NCBI GenBank assembly: GCA_964592195.1
Contig: CAZQEI010000002.1
Coordinates: forward strand, 13,240 to 77,239
DNA: 64,000 nucleotides
Source: an uncultured Gammaproteobacteria bacterium
GTDB lineage: Bacteria > Patescibacteriota > Patescibacteriia > UBA11705
Reading direction: 5' to 3'
Shown here: piece by piece, positions 20,185-28,917 of the stretch
Numbering within the stretch: the first letter of the stretch is position 1
Layout: each line of letters opens with the position of its first letter
Program-made: the position numbers and the translations under genes
Notes under the pieces: model-generated
Database searches by the model: none
Seen by the model: only the letters and a program-made list of their open reading frames with translations
Told to the model about the DNA's origin: nothing

Positions 20185-20574
20185 ATGGGACTCGCTGACT
20201 TGTTTAGACAGCAGAGCAATTCATTGGCGCAGCAAGAAAGAGAAGAAAAGATACGACAAGCTGATGCTCAAGCTACGGCCAAAAAAATCGATCATGAGAG
20301 TCACAATAAAAATGCCCATGTAAAACCTGAAATTATTTCAAACTTACCAGGTCTCATTGACCAACGTACCAAACAAAGAAATGCCGAATTATTGACTATC
20401 TCTTGGTATGATGTTGAGATAAATAAACCGGTAAAAATAAAAAACTTGGCAGGAGTCGCCAAAATCGTAGCTGATTATTGTAAAAAAGAAGGATTCGATG
20501 TCTTTATTCATACCAGTGAATTTGATGACGAGGGCTATCACTATCGTGATGACTATCTGTATATTTCCTGGTAA
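20185..20574 (+). CDS. Hypothetical protein (about 129 aa), paralog of the previous gene
   Basis: Start reassigned to ATGGGACTC (MGLADLF...) after SD gggaggagg. C-terminus ...GFDVFIHTSEFDDEGYHYRDDYLYISW is similar to the 19730 protein. Confidence 0.55.
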   Translation: MGLADLFRQQSNSLAQQEREEKIRQADAQATAKKIDHESHNKNAHVKPEIISNLPGLIDQRTKQRNAELLTISWYDVEINKPVKIKNLAGVAKIVADYCKKEGFDVFIHTSEFDDEGYHYRDDYLYISW

Positions 20575-20594
20575 CTACAAAACAGGAGATCACC

Positions 20595-20999
20595 ATGACA
20601 CAAACTCTCATTGGTATCAAAGCAATTCTTGCGAATAAACATTTTCGTGGCCATCGCAATAGCATAGGGTGTCAATGTCAAATTAACGATTATCGAGAGG
20701 GTAACCTATTCATGCGTTTAGAAGGTGAAAATGAAGATCGATTTTTGGAACTTAATTACTTTTATGTGGAAATAATTCTTGTCAATCGTATTACGGGAGC
20801 AGAGACATTTATTGAGATTCACCCTAGAGACTTCCAAACAAAATCAATCCCAGTTTCGACGGACGATGAAATGCAGGTTGAAATTGCTGCCAACCACATC
20901 AAATCCATGGACGACAAATATCTCTGGTTCGGGGAATGGAACAAACAAAATGCCAAACCCGGTACCACCTTCTGGCGCTGGGAAGGAATCTTGGAATAA
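20595..20999 (+). CDS. Hypothetical protein (134 aa)
   Basis: SD aggaga; no recognisable domain. Confidence 0.5.
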   Translation: MTQTLIGIKAILANKHFRGHRNSIGCQCQINDYREGNLFMRLEGENEDRFLELNYFYVEIILVNRITGAETFIEIHPRDFQTKSIPVSTDDEMQVEIAANHIKSMDDKYLWFGEWNKQNAKPGTTFWRWEGILE

Positions 21000-21005
21000 A
21001 ATCAC

Positions 21006-21036
21006 AAAACGACCGAAACCGGTCGCTTTTTTATTT
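21006..21036 (+). terminator. Rho-independent terminator
   Basis: aaaacGACCGaaaCCGGTCgcttttttattt. Confidence 0.65.
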
Positions 21037-21114
21037 ACAATTATAAATGGATATCAAATCGGGCAAATCATGATTTGCCCCTACGAACCCCTGGGTATTT
21101 GATATTTCAAACAT

Positions 21115-21168
21115 CACGTATCCGTAATTATCGGTAATATCCGTAATATATCCGTATATCCGTAATTA
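21115..21168. repeat. 10-bp-periodic tandem array of ATC(C/G)GTAAT units (5 units)
   Basis: cgtATCCGTAATtATCGGTAATATCCGTAATatATCCGTATATCCGTAATta. It abuts the stop of the CoA-binding gene. Confidence 0.7.
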
Positions 21169-21540
21169 CCTAGCCAACTCCACCAACACACACCGATGAT
21201 TTTCAAACGTCAAACCTAAACTTTCCGCCATGGCAATCACCACCTCATCAAAAGCGCCAGGTTGAAACCACACATTATCATATTTCAACGCGACCACTTC
21301 ATCAAGGACGGATAAACTAACCGCCGGTGGAACAACAAACACAATCAAATCTGGCCGTGACGGCAAATTTTCCAATTTAGGATAGACTTTTAAACCTTCA
21401 ATCTCAACCTCATTCAAATTAATTGGCCAGACCGTATAATCACACGCCAGCATTTTCTTTACTACTTTATTGCCATACTTTTCCGGATGATTGGATGCTC
21501 CCACTACTGCCACAATTTTTTGCTTTGATAAATCTATCAT
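21166..21540 (-). CDS. CoA-binding domain protein
   Basis: KIVAVVGASNHPEKYGNKVV... Confidence 0.6.
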   Translation of the reverse strand: MIDLSKQKIVAVVGASNHPEKYGNKVVKKMLACDYTVWPINLNEVEIEGLKVYPKLENLPSRPDLIVFVVPPAVSLSVLDEVVALKYDNVWFQPGAFDEVVIAMAESLGLTFENHRCVLVELAR

Positions 21541-23177
21541 ATTTTATTTATTTGGCGATCCAGACCGGCTTTAATAAAGGCGTTAAATAATGGGTGGCCA
21601 TCAATAGGTCTTGACTTAAACTCTGGATGGAATTGAACGCCCACGAAAAACGGATGATTCGGTAATTCGACAATTTCCACTAAACGATTGTCTGGCGAAG
21701 TCCCAGCAATTAACATTCCGTTTTGTGTTAATGTATCTCGATACTTATTATTGAATTCATAACGATGGCGATGACGTTCTGAGATGTTTGTTTGTTTATA
21801 GGCTTGATAACTGCGAGAATTTTCAGTTAACAAACACGGGCATGCACCCAAACGCATGGAACCGCCGTAATTATTTTCCTCAATATTTTTCACTTGATCA
21901 GACATGATGTGAATGACTGGGTGCGGAGTTTCTGGATTAATTTCCTCCGAGTTCGCATCCGCCAAACCTGCCACATTGCGCGCAAATTCAACTGTGGCCA
22001 ACTGCATACCATAGCATAAACCGAAGAAAGGAATGTTATTTTCACGAGCAAATTTGATCGCTTTTATTTTACCTTCAACACCTCGTCCGCCAAAACCTCC
22101 CGGCACAATTATTCCATCTAGACCTTTCAATTCAATCAGCTTAGATTCATCTGTTTCATAGACTCCGGCATCGAGCCAAGAAATTTGCACTCGCGCATTA
22201 TTCTTCCACGCTGCATGTTTCACCGCTTCAATTACAGAAATGTAAGAATCAGACAAAACATAATCACCGGTATTAAAATATTTGCCCACAATACCAACCT
22301 TTACTTCTTTTTCCGCTCGTCGCATACGATTCACCATCTCTTCCCAATCTTTCAAACCGGGACAAACCATTTTCTCTGTCCAACCAAATTGCTTCAAGAT
22401 TAAATTGCCCATTCTTTCTTTTTCAAAATTCAATGGCACATCATAAATAGAATCCACATCTGGCGCGGAAATTATATGATCAGGGAACATGTTGCCATTA
22501 ATCGCAATTTTTTTCTTGCGAATATCATCGAGCGGTCGATCGCCTCGGCACATAACGAAATCCGGCTGAATACCGGCGGAATTCAAAGTGCGAATGGCGT
22601 ATTGCGTAGGCTTGGTTTTCATTTCACCTAACTTGGAAGGCACTGGTAAATAGGAAACGAGCACGAAAACCACATCGTGCACATTTTGCATTTTGATCAT
22701 GCGAGCGGCTTCGAGGAATAATAAATTTTGATATTCCCCCACTGTTCCGCCAATTTCAACGATAACAATATCTGCTTCGGCCTTACGTTCTGCCATTTTA
22801 ATGCGACGAATAATTTCCTCGGGAATATGGGGAACCACCTCCACGCATTTACCTTGATATTCGAGATTGCGTTCTTTTTCAATGACACTTTGGTAAACAC
22901 GACCAGTGGTCATGTAATTGATAGCGTAAATATTTTTGTTCAAAAATCTTTCGTAGTTACCAACATCTTGATCAGTTTCATCTCCATCTTCGGTAACAAA
23001 CACTTCACCATGTTCAGTGGGATTCATCGTACCAGCATCGACGTTAATATACGGGTCGATTTTAATCGCAGTCACTTCGTAACCTTTTCCTTGAAGAATG
23101 CGACCAATAGACGCGGCCGCAATTCCCTTACCCACACCGCTCATCACCCCCCCCACGACAAAAATATACTTCGCCAT
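21537..23177 (-). CDS. pyrG: CTP synthase
   Basis: 546 aa with an N-terminal synthetase domain and a C-terminal glutamine amidotransferase domain (GLCYGMQL). Confidence 0.9.
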   Translation of the reverse strand: MAKYIFVVGGVMSGVGKGIAAASIGRILQGKGYEVTAIKIDPYINVDAGTMNPTEHGEVFVTEDGDETDQDVGNYERFLNKNIYAINYMTTGRVYQSVIEKERNLEYQGKCVEVVPHIPEEIIRRIKMAERKAEADIVIVEIGGTVGEYQNLLFLEAARMIKMQNVHDVVFVLVSYLPVPSKLGEMKTKPTQYAIRTLNSAGIQPDFVMCRGDRPLDDIRKKKIAINGNMFPDHIISAPDVDSIYDVPLNFEKERMGNLILKQFGWTEKMVCPGLKDWEEMVNRMRRAEKEVKVGIVGKYFNTGDYVLSDSYISVIEAVKHAAWKNNARVQISWLDAGVYETDESKLIELKGLDGIIVPGGFGGRGVEGKIKAIKFARENNIPFFGLCYGMQLATVEFARNVAGLADANSEEINPETPHPVIHIMSDQVKNIEENNYGGSMRLGACPCLLTENSRSYQAYKQTNISERHRHRYEFNNKYRDTLTQNGMLIAGTSPDNRLVEIVELPNHPFFVGVQFHPEFKSRPIDGHPLFNAFIKAGLDRQINKI

Positions 23178-23188
23178 ATAGCTAAAGA

Positions 23189-23635
23189 TTAATTTTCATT
23201 TTTTACTACTAAATTGACCACCACTTGATTGCTGGGATCAAAAATAATTCTAACTTTGTAAGTACCGGCGTGTTTTACCGGTTCAGTTAAAACAATTTGT
23301 TTTAATTTAACATTCAAATTTTTCTTAGCCAGAGCCGCTGCAATTTTTTCTTTGGTAATGCCGGCAAAGAACGTTCCTTTTTCATCCGCCTTTTCTTTCA
23401 TATTCAAAGTTAAATCAGCCAAGGCGCGCATTAAGTGCTTTTGATCAAGGCCACTACGTTTCTTTTCTACGTCTTTTCGATGCTTCACCGCTTCTGCATG
23501 CTCCACATTATTCTTCGTGGCCTCTGCGGCAATGCCTTGAGGAATTAAAAAATTACGTGCATAACCTTCCGGCACTTCGCGAACATCTCCAACCCGACCG
23601 GCGGTGGGATGGTTTTTGAGGATGACTATTTTCAT
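23189..23635 (-). CDS. rplI: 50S ribosomal protein L9
   Basis: MKIVILKNHPTAGRVGDVREVPEGYARNFLIPQG. Confidence 0.85.
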   Translation of the reverse strand: MKIVILKNHPTAGRVGDVREVPEGYARNFLIPQGIAAEATKNNVEHAEAVKHRKDVEKKRSGLDQKHLMRALADLTLNMKEKADEKGTFFAGITKEKIAAALAKKNLNVKLKQIVLTEPVKHAGTYKVRIIFDPSNQVVVNLVVKNEN

Positions 23636-23641
23636 AAAGTT

Positions 23642-23752
23642 ACGAATTTACGAATCAGTTACGAATGTGTACGAATCACTGACTAAAACAATAATTCGAA
23701 AAAATTCGCAATAAATTCGTACATTCGAAATGACTGACTTATCTCGCTTACT
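23642..23752. repeat. Copy A of a 111-bp palindromic octamer-repeat element, 3 nt upstream of the rplI ATG
   Basis: 110/111 nt identical to 34622..34732. The left arm is (TTACGAAT)x4 and the right arm is (ATTCGNA)x4 inverted. The outer end carries TAAGCGAGATAAG. Confidence 0.8.
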
Positions 23753-23870
23753 GACATATTAGCAAAATTCAGCTCCCTTGCCAAACCAAAAGTCCCCCGG
23801 TTGTGGAGAACTTTTTGGCTTATTCTATAAATAATTTATATTAGAACACAAACAACCATTGCTGTCTATT

Positions 23871-25145
23871 TTAATAAGAAAACTTATACCCTTCAGGCAA
23901 ATTAATCACAGAAAATACTTCTGGAAGATCCCTAACACCTTTCACAACAACCTCCTGATTAGTCGCCCAACAATTAGTCTCATCTAAACTATTATTATCC
24001 AAATTAACCGTATAAAAAGTATTAAAACACCACCCAGTATCAGGCGTCCATTCAAAACCGAAATACCCCTCCAATGGCATATCTCCATCTTTTATCACAG
24101 GAACATCAGCAAACTTTTTCAAATCGCTATTTTCCAACTTGAAAGTATAAATTTCTTTATCTGTACTCAATAATAACATTCCACGATTAACATCCAAATC
24201 AGCATACTTTGCATTCGCTGGTAAACTTTTTTTCAAAACTATATTTCTGGTAAAAGTATTCAAATCAATGGAATAAATTTCACTAATATGTGTTTTACTG
24301 GTATCAAAATCCTCGCTCACTTCCAAATTCGCCTCCTCATTTACCGTAGTATAAGCATACAGTTTATTATTATAATATCCAATTGGCGTATCTCCTAACC
24401 CGAAACAACCTCCACCATCAAAAACCTTAACCAATTTATTATTCACTTGATCTAACAAGTATTTCTTTTCAATGCCACACGGACCGTCCCCATTTACCGA
24501 ACTAAAAACATCTTGCTCATCCAAGGTGTGTTCATATTGATTAATACAACCATTCAATACCATGCTTAGTTTATTGGTTTTTAAATTGTATGAATAGAAT
24601 TCACAGCCACCAAATTCTCCACCGACATTGGAATACAAAGTGTCTCCGATTTTTTCCAACACTCCGACATAACGTTCCATAGTTCCGCCATCAACGATTG
24701 ATTGTTCTGGTTTCTCGCTGTAAAGCAACTTCTTTTCTCCGGTGACAACATTATACGCCCAAATTACAGGCAAAGCCGGAACAGTATTTTTTGATTCACT
24801 GGTATTATCAATCGTGTCACCATAATAGATCCAATCACCATCACCTACAATATCCGTCTTCCAAGCGTCCAGACTTAACAATGTCTCAGAGGTTCCATCA
24901 GCCAGTTGCTTCACTAAATTTATTTTATTTGTAGTTGGCGGTCGATTAATCACTGGCTTCAATTGCCCGGTTTCATAATCATTAATTTTACCATACAACG
25001 CATCCTTCTGCTGTTGCATAGCCGTCACTTTTGCATTGTAATAGCTAATCACAACTGATCCAAACAATACCACTCCAGCCAATGCGATCAAGGCTACGAT
25101 CAACAACACCACTAACACTAGATTGTTTTTCTTTTTTTTCTTCAT
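23871..25145 (-). CDS. Membrane-anchored extracytoplasmic protein (424 aa), function unknown
   Basis: N-terminal KKKKK plus a TM helix, then a large extracytoplasmic domain. Confidence 0.5.
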   Translation of the reverse strand: MKKKKKNNLVLVVLLIVALIALAGVVLFGSVVISYYNAKVTAMQQQKDALYGKINDYETGQLKPVINRPPTTNKINLVKQLADGTSETLLSLDAWKTDIVGDGDWIYYGDTIDNTSESKNTVPALPVIWAYNVVTGEKKLLYSEKPEQSIVDGGTMERYVGVLEKIGDTLYSNVGGEFGGCEFYSYNLKTNKLSMVLNGCINQYEHTLDEQDVFSSVNGDGPCGIEKKYLLDQVNNKLVKVFDGGGCFGLGDTPIGYYNNKLYAYTTVNEEANLEVSEDFDTSKTHISEIYSIDLNTFTRNIVLKKSLPANAKYADLDVNRGMLLLSTDKEIYTFKLENSDLKKFADVPVIKDGDMPLEGYFGFEWTPDTGWCFNTFYTVNLDNNSLDETNCWATNQEVVVKGVRDLPEVFSVINLPEGYKFSY

Positions 25146-25244
25146 ACCCCTCTATTATTTAAATCATAAAATACAAATCACAAATTCCAAATAGCACCAA
25201 GAATATTCTTCAATCTTGCTTTCTTGCTTTCTTGTTTTTTTGTT

Positions 25245-26474
25245 TTATTGCTTTATTATCTCAACCGCCTTATCCAACTGAGGATCTCTCTTCGCATCAA
25301 AATCCGCTTGTGTATATTTCACTTCAACGTCCGGAACAATACCTTTTTCATTAATGGAATTACCTTTTGGTGTTTGCCATTCTGCTACGGTAATTTTCAA
25401 CGATGAGCCATCGGGTAATCTTTGAATTTCTTGGACTGAGCCTTTACCAAAAGATTTTTCACCAACCAAGGTTGCCAAACCATAGTCTTTCAACGCGCCA
25501 GCTACGATTTCCGAGGCTGAAGCTGAACCGCCATCAATCAACACCACGGTTTTATATTTGGCAAACAAGGCCGAACCATCGGCATAATATTTATTCACTT
25601 TTCCATCACCGTAAACTTCCAACAATACTGGCTGACCATCTTTCACCCAATAAGAGGAAATTTCATTGGCTTGATTCAATAATCCACCTGGATCACCTCG
25701 CAAATCCAGAATAATTCCCTTAATATTTTTCCCCTTCATTTCTTTATTCATTTGTTCAAACAATTTTCCTGTATCACTATAAAAATCATGCAAACTTATT
25801 TGCAATATTCCATCATCGCGTAATTTCCATTCCACACTTTTAATTTGAATTACATCACGAGTAATAACATACTCCTTTGGCAATTCCTCTCCGCGTAATA
25901 CCAACAAAGTGACGGTCGTGCCTTTAGTGCCACGAATTAATTTAACCGCTTTTTCCACCGGCATGTCTGTAGTATCAATTTTATCAATGGCGTAAATTTT
26001 ATCACCTGTTTTTAATCCCGCTTTTTCAGCTGGAGAATCAGGCATCGGTGTTACCACCGTCAATCTTCCATCTCGAATACCAATTTCCGCGCCAATACCT
26101 TCGAATTGGGCACTAACATCATCATAAAATTCTTTGGTCATGTCTGGATCCATAAACATGGTATAGGGATCACCCGCTGCAGCCACAAATCCTCTAATCG
26201 CGCCGTAATACATTTTCTGAATATCCATTTGGTCGCGTTTCAAATAGTCCGACTTCAACCCGCCCCACACCATTTCAATCAAGGAACTTTGGAAAATATC
26301 CGGTAAATTCTTTTCATTCATCAATAAACTTGAGCCACCAATGGCTTTTGCGCCAACAGAAAACCTGCCAAGCAAAAAACCAAGACTAAGCAAAACAATC
26401 GCTCCCACGATCACCACATAAACCACGGCTGATTTGCGATTCTTATTTTGTTGTTGATTCAATAATGCGGGCAT
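25245..26474 (-). CDS. ctpA: Carboxyl-terminal processing peptidase (S41)
   Basis: PDZ plus S41 domain; the overall layout is typical of CtpA. Confidence 0.75.
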   Translation of the reverse strand: MPALLNQQQNKNRKSAVVYVVIVGAIVLLSLGFLLGRFSVGAKAIGGSSLLMNEKNLPDIFQSSLIEMVWGGLKSDYLKRDQMDIQKMYYGAIRGFVAAAGDPYTMFMDPDMTKEFYDDVSAQFEGIGAEIGIRDGRLTVVTPMPDSPAEKAGLKTGDKIYAIDKIDTTDMPVEKAVKLIRGTKGTTVTLLVLRGEELPKEYVITRDVIQIKSVEWKLRDDGILQISLHDFYSDTGKLFEQMNKEMKGKNIKGIILDLRGDPGGLLNQANEISSYWVKDGQPVLLEVYGDGKVNKYYADGSALFAKYKTVVLIDGGSASASEIVAGALKDYGLATLVGEKSFGKGSVQEIQRLPDGSSLKITVAEWQTPKGNSINEKGIVPDVEVKYTQADFDAKRDPQLDKAVEIIKQ

Positions 26475-26552
26475 AAATAACTATTTATATAATTAAGATA
26501 TGTTTATTATAATAAAATTAATATTTATTGTCGCGTTTTCATAGTGGACAAT

Positions 26553-27137
26553 TTACCAATCATCTTCGTTACCATTATCTTCTTTCCAATTTGCAGGATT
26601 ATCCAAGATATATTGCCGTATACGATTTAATTCGTTTTCGTCACGAATAATACGATCATAATAATTCTTTTGCCACACCGGTTTACCAGACGTATTCTGC
26701 AACAAATTGATTTGTTTGGCGGTTTGCATTTTGAACCGCCCAATCATTTTCGGGATTAACATTTGACGTCGTTCGCGGCGTCCGGACGGACGCCCCGCCC
26801 GTAGAGACAATTCATGAATTGTCTCTACCTGATGATCGACCAATGGTCGGTCATCCGACGACGTCATATCGACAATTATAATCCCATGCACATGATTGGG
26901 CATTATAACAAATGCATCCAAAATGCAACCCGGGTAATAATTCGGCAAATCCAACCAAACAGCCCGGCATATTTCCGATGGTTTATTGTTTAGCAATTTT
27001 CCATCAATGATATTACCAAAAACCTTTTCCTTATTTTTTGTACAAATTGTAATAAAATATGCGCCCTCAGAAGAATAATCAAAACCTGGTAAACGCGGCG
27101 ATTCAATCCTATATTTATCACGAAACTTGGTTAGCAT
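26553..27137 (-). CDS. IS200/IS605-type Y1 (HuH) transposase of the REP-associated (RAYT/TnpA_REP) kind
   Basis: HuH motif HVHGIIIV. C-terminus WQKNYYDRIIRDENELNRIRQYILDNPANW carries the catalytic Tyr. It is a single gene with no partner tnpB. Confidence 0.7.
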   Translation of the reverse strand: MLTKFRDKYRIESPRLPGFDYSSEGAYFITICTKNKEKVFGNIIDGKLLNNKPSEICRAVWLDLPNYYPGCILDAFVIMPNHVHGIIIVDMTSSDDRPLVDHQVETIHELSLRAGRPSGRRERRQMLIPKMIGRFKMQTAKQINLLQNTSGKPVWQKNYYDRIIRDENELNRIRQYILDNPANWKEDNGNEDDW

Positions 27138-27153
27138 TTCTTAAAATATTTGA

Positions 27154-27663
27154 TTATTTATTTAACCACGTATTCAATTCACCAAAAATCTTATCCTCAA
27201 AATTCTCCGGTTTAAATTTCATAATCGCTTCCGCGTTCCGTCGGCAATAATCCAACTGATCCGCATTACCATGCGCCGTATACCATTTATAACTATCTAA
27301 AATGTCTGCAGTTTTCACAATTAACGCTTCTTCACCATTATCAACACAACGTTGAATCAACTCATTCGTTTTTTCTTGTTTATCAACAATAGAATCATCC
27401 TTAGTGCTTGCCAAAACTAACCGTAAAACCTCAACTCCAAACTCTTTTTCCACCATTTCTTCCGTAGCATCAGACCATTCGATCACATCATGCAATAATC
27501 CGGCTAAAACAATATTTTCAGCATAACCATTTTCATACAAATAAACACCCACGCGAATATCATGAAATAAAACGGGTTTACGGCTATTCTCATCCGACAC
27601 CGGAAAATACTCCACCATGAAACGAACCGCTTTTTCAAAGTTTAAACTTAACACATTATTCAT
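27154..27663 (-). CDS. HD-domain phosphohydrolase
   Basis: H...HD motifs (LLHDVIEW). Confidence 0.55.
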   Translation of the reverse strand: MNNVLSLNFEKAVRFMVEYFPVSDENSRKPVLFHDIRVGVYLYENGYAENIVLAGLLHDVIEWSDATEEMVEKEFGVEVLRLVLASTKDDSIVDKQEKTNELIQRCVDNGEEALIVKTADILDSYKWYTAHGNADQLDYCRRNAEAIMKFKPENFEDKIFGELNTWLNK

Positions 27664-27709
27664 AGGTTGCTTTTATTGTAAGAATCTATACTTCAATCAT
27701 GTGACACTA

Positions 27710-28822
27710 TTAGCCATGAAATTCGAAAATTCTCTGATTTTCTGATTTATCCGCTACTTTTTGCCACTTTTTATTCACATAAAATGCTTCATTCCCGACT
27801 TCAACAAAAGCTATACCATCATGAAAATCAGAAGCAAAGTCATAGGATCGAGAAACCTGATTACCAGTTTTATCAACATAATAACTTTCAAAACCATCCC
27901 TTACCCAAGCTACACCTTCAGAAAAATCACCAACCTGGGAATATTCTTTATTATGTAAAAGATTACCAGTTTTATCAATAAAACTATATCTAGATGAGGA
28001 AACCTCCACACTAGCGATACCTTCATGGTAATCTGTAGCATACACAAAATCTCCAATATTGTGCTCTCCATCAGCGCTGACGAATGAATAGCGTTTAGCT
28101 TGATCGCGTGTCAAAATCATACCGTCATGACAATCACCAGCGAATTCACAATCAAGCTCCAAGACTTTTTTTCCTTCTTTATTAACAAAGCCTATTCGCC
28201 CACTTCTATCGATGACAAAAGCCAACCCCTCATTGAAGGAGCGACAATGTTTCACACCTGCAAACGCAAAAACCATTTTACCTTCTTTATTAATATAACC
28301 AAACTCATCATTATTCGTTTGTACCACTGCAAGCCCCTCAGAAAAAGGAAGGGCGTGTTGAAAACCACTGGTCACTTGGTTTCCTGCCTTATCAATAAAA
28401 AACTCATCTTGACCATCATGAACCAGTGCCAAACCTTCACGAAAATCATCCACATGCATAAATTCTCGCGAAATCCGCTTCCCTGATTTATCAATAAAAT
28501 AATATTTCCCAAACTCTCTCACCCACGCCATGCCATCATGAAAATCGCCAACCATATCACCACGAACCTCAAAAATTTCTTTTCCAGACTTATCGATGTA
28601 TTGCCATCTTTCATCTCCAGTTTTCACCGCGGCCAATCCTTCGGAAAACAGTTCGGCTCTCCGATATTGACACGGTATTACCTCTTTCCCATTTTGATTG
28701 ACATAGCCGTGCGCTCCGTCTCGAGAGATAGGAATCCGCACGATTTTTAATTTTTCTGCTCGTTCTTTGGCAGCTTCGCTGCTAACCGCAGGCAAAGCTT
28801 CATGAAATTGTCCCATAGCCAT
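27710..28822 (-). CDS. WG-repeat (KWG) protein
   Basis: More than 10 repeats of the form Y.DK.GK.VI...F..A..F.EGLA.V. Confidence 0.65.
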   Translation of the reverse strand: MAMGQFHEALPAVSSEAAKERAEKLKIVRIPISRDGAHGYVNQNGKEVIPCQYRRAELFSEGLAAVKTGDERWQYIDKSGKEIFEVRGDMVGDFHDGMAWVREFGKYYFIDKSGKRISREFMHVDDFREGLALVHDGQDEFFIDKAGNQVTSGFQHALPFSEGLAVVQTNNDEFGYINKEGKMVFAFAGVKHCRSFNEGLAFVIDRSGRIGFVNKEGKKVLELDCEFAGDCHDGMILTRDQAKRYSFVSADGEHNIGDFVYATDYHEGIASVEVSSSRYSFIDKTGNLLHNKEYSQVGDFSEGVAWVRDGFESYYVDKTGNQVSRSYDFASDFHDGIAFVEVGNEAFYVNKKWQKVADKSENQRIFEFHG

Positions 28823-28868
28823 AAATTTTGAAGTTAATTTTTATTTTTTTAATTTATATTCAGTTTTT

Positions 28869-28915
28869 TATGTTCCATGCTCTATGCTACATGTTCCATG
28901 CTCCATGTTACATGC
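28869..28915. promoter_or_regulatory. CATGGAACATG-type repeated motif upstream of the WG-repeat gene
   Basis: tgttccatgctctatgctacatgttccatgctccatgttacatg; a related copy lies at 62257..62286. Confidence 0.4.
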
Positions 28916-28917
28916 TT

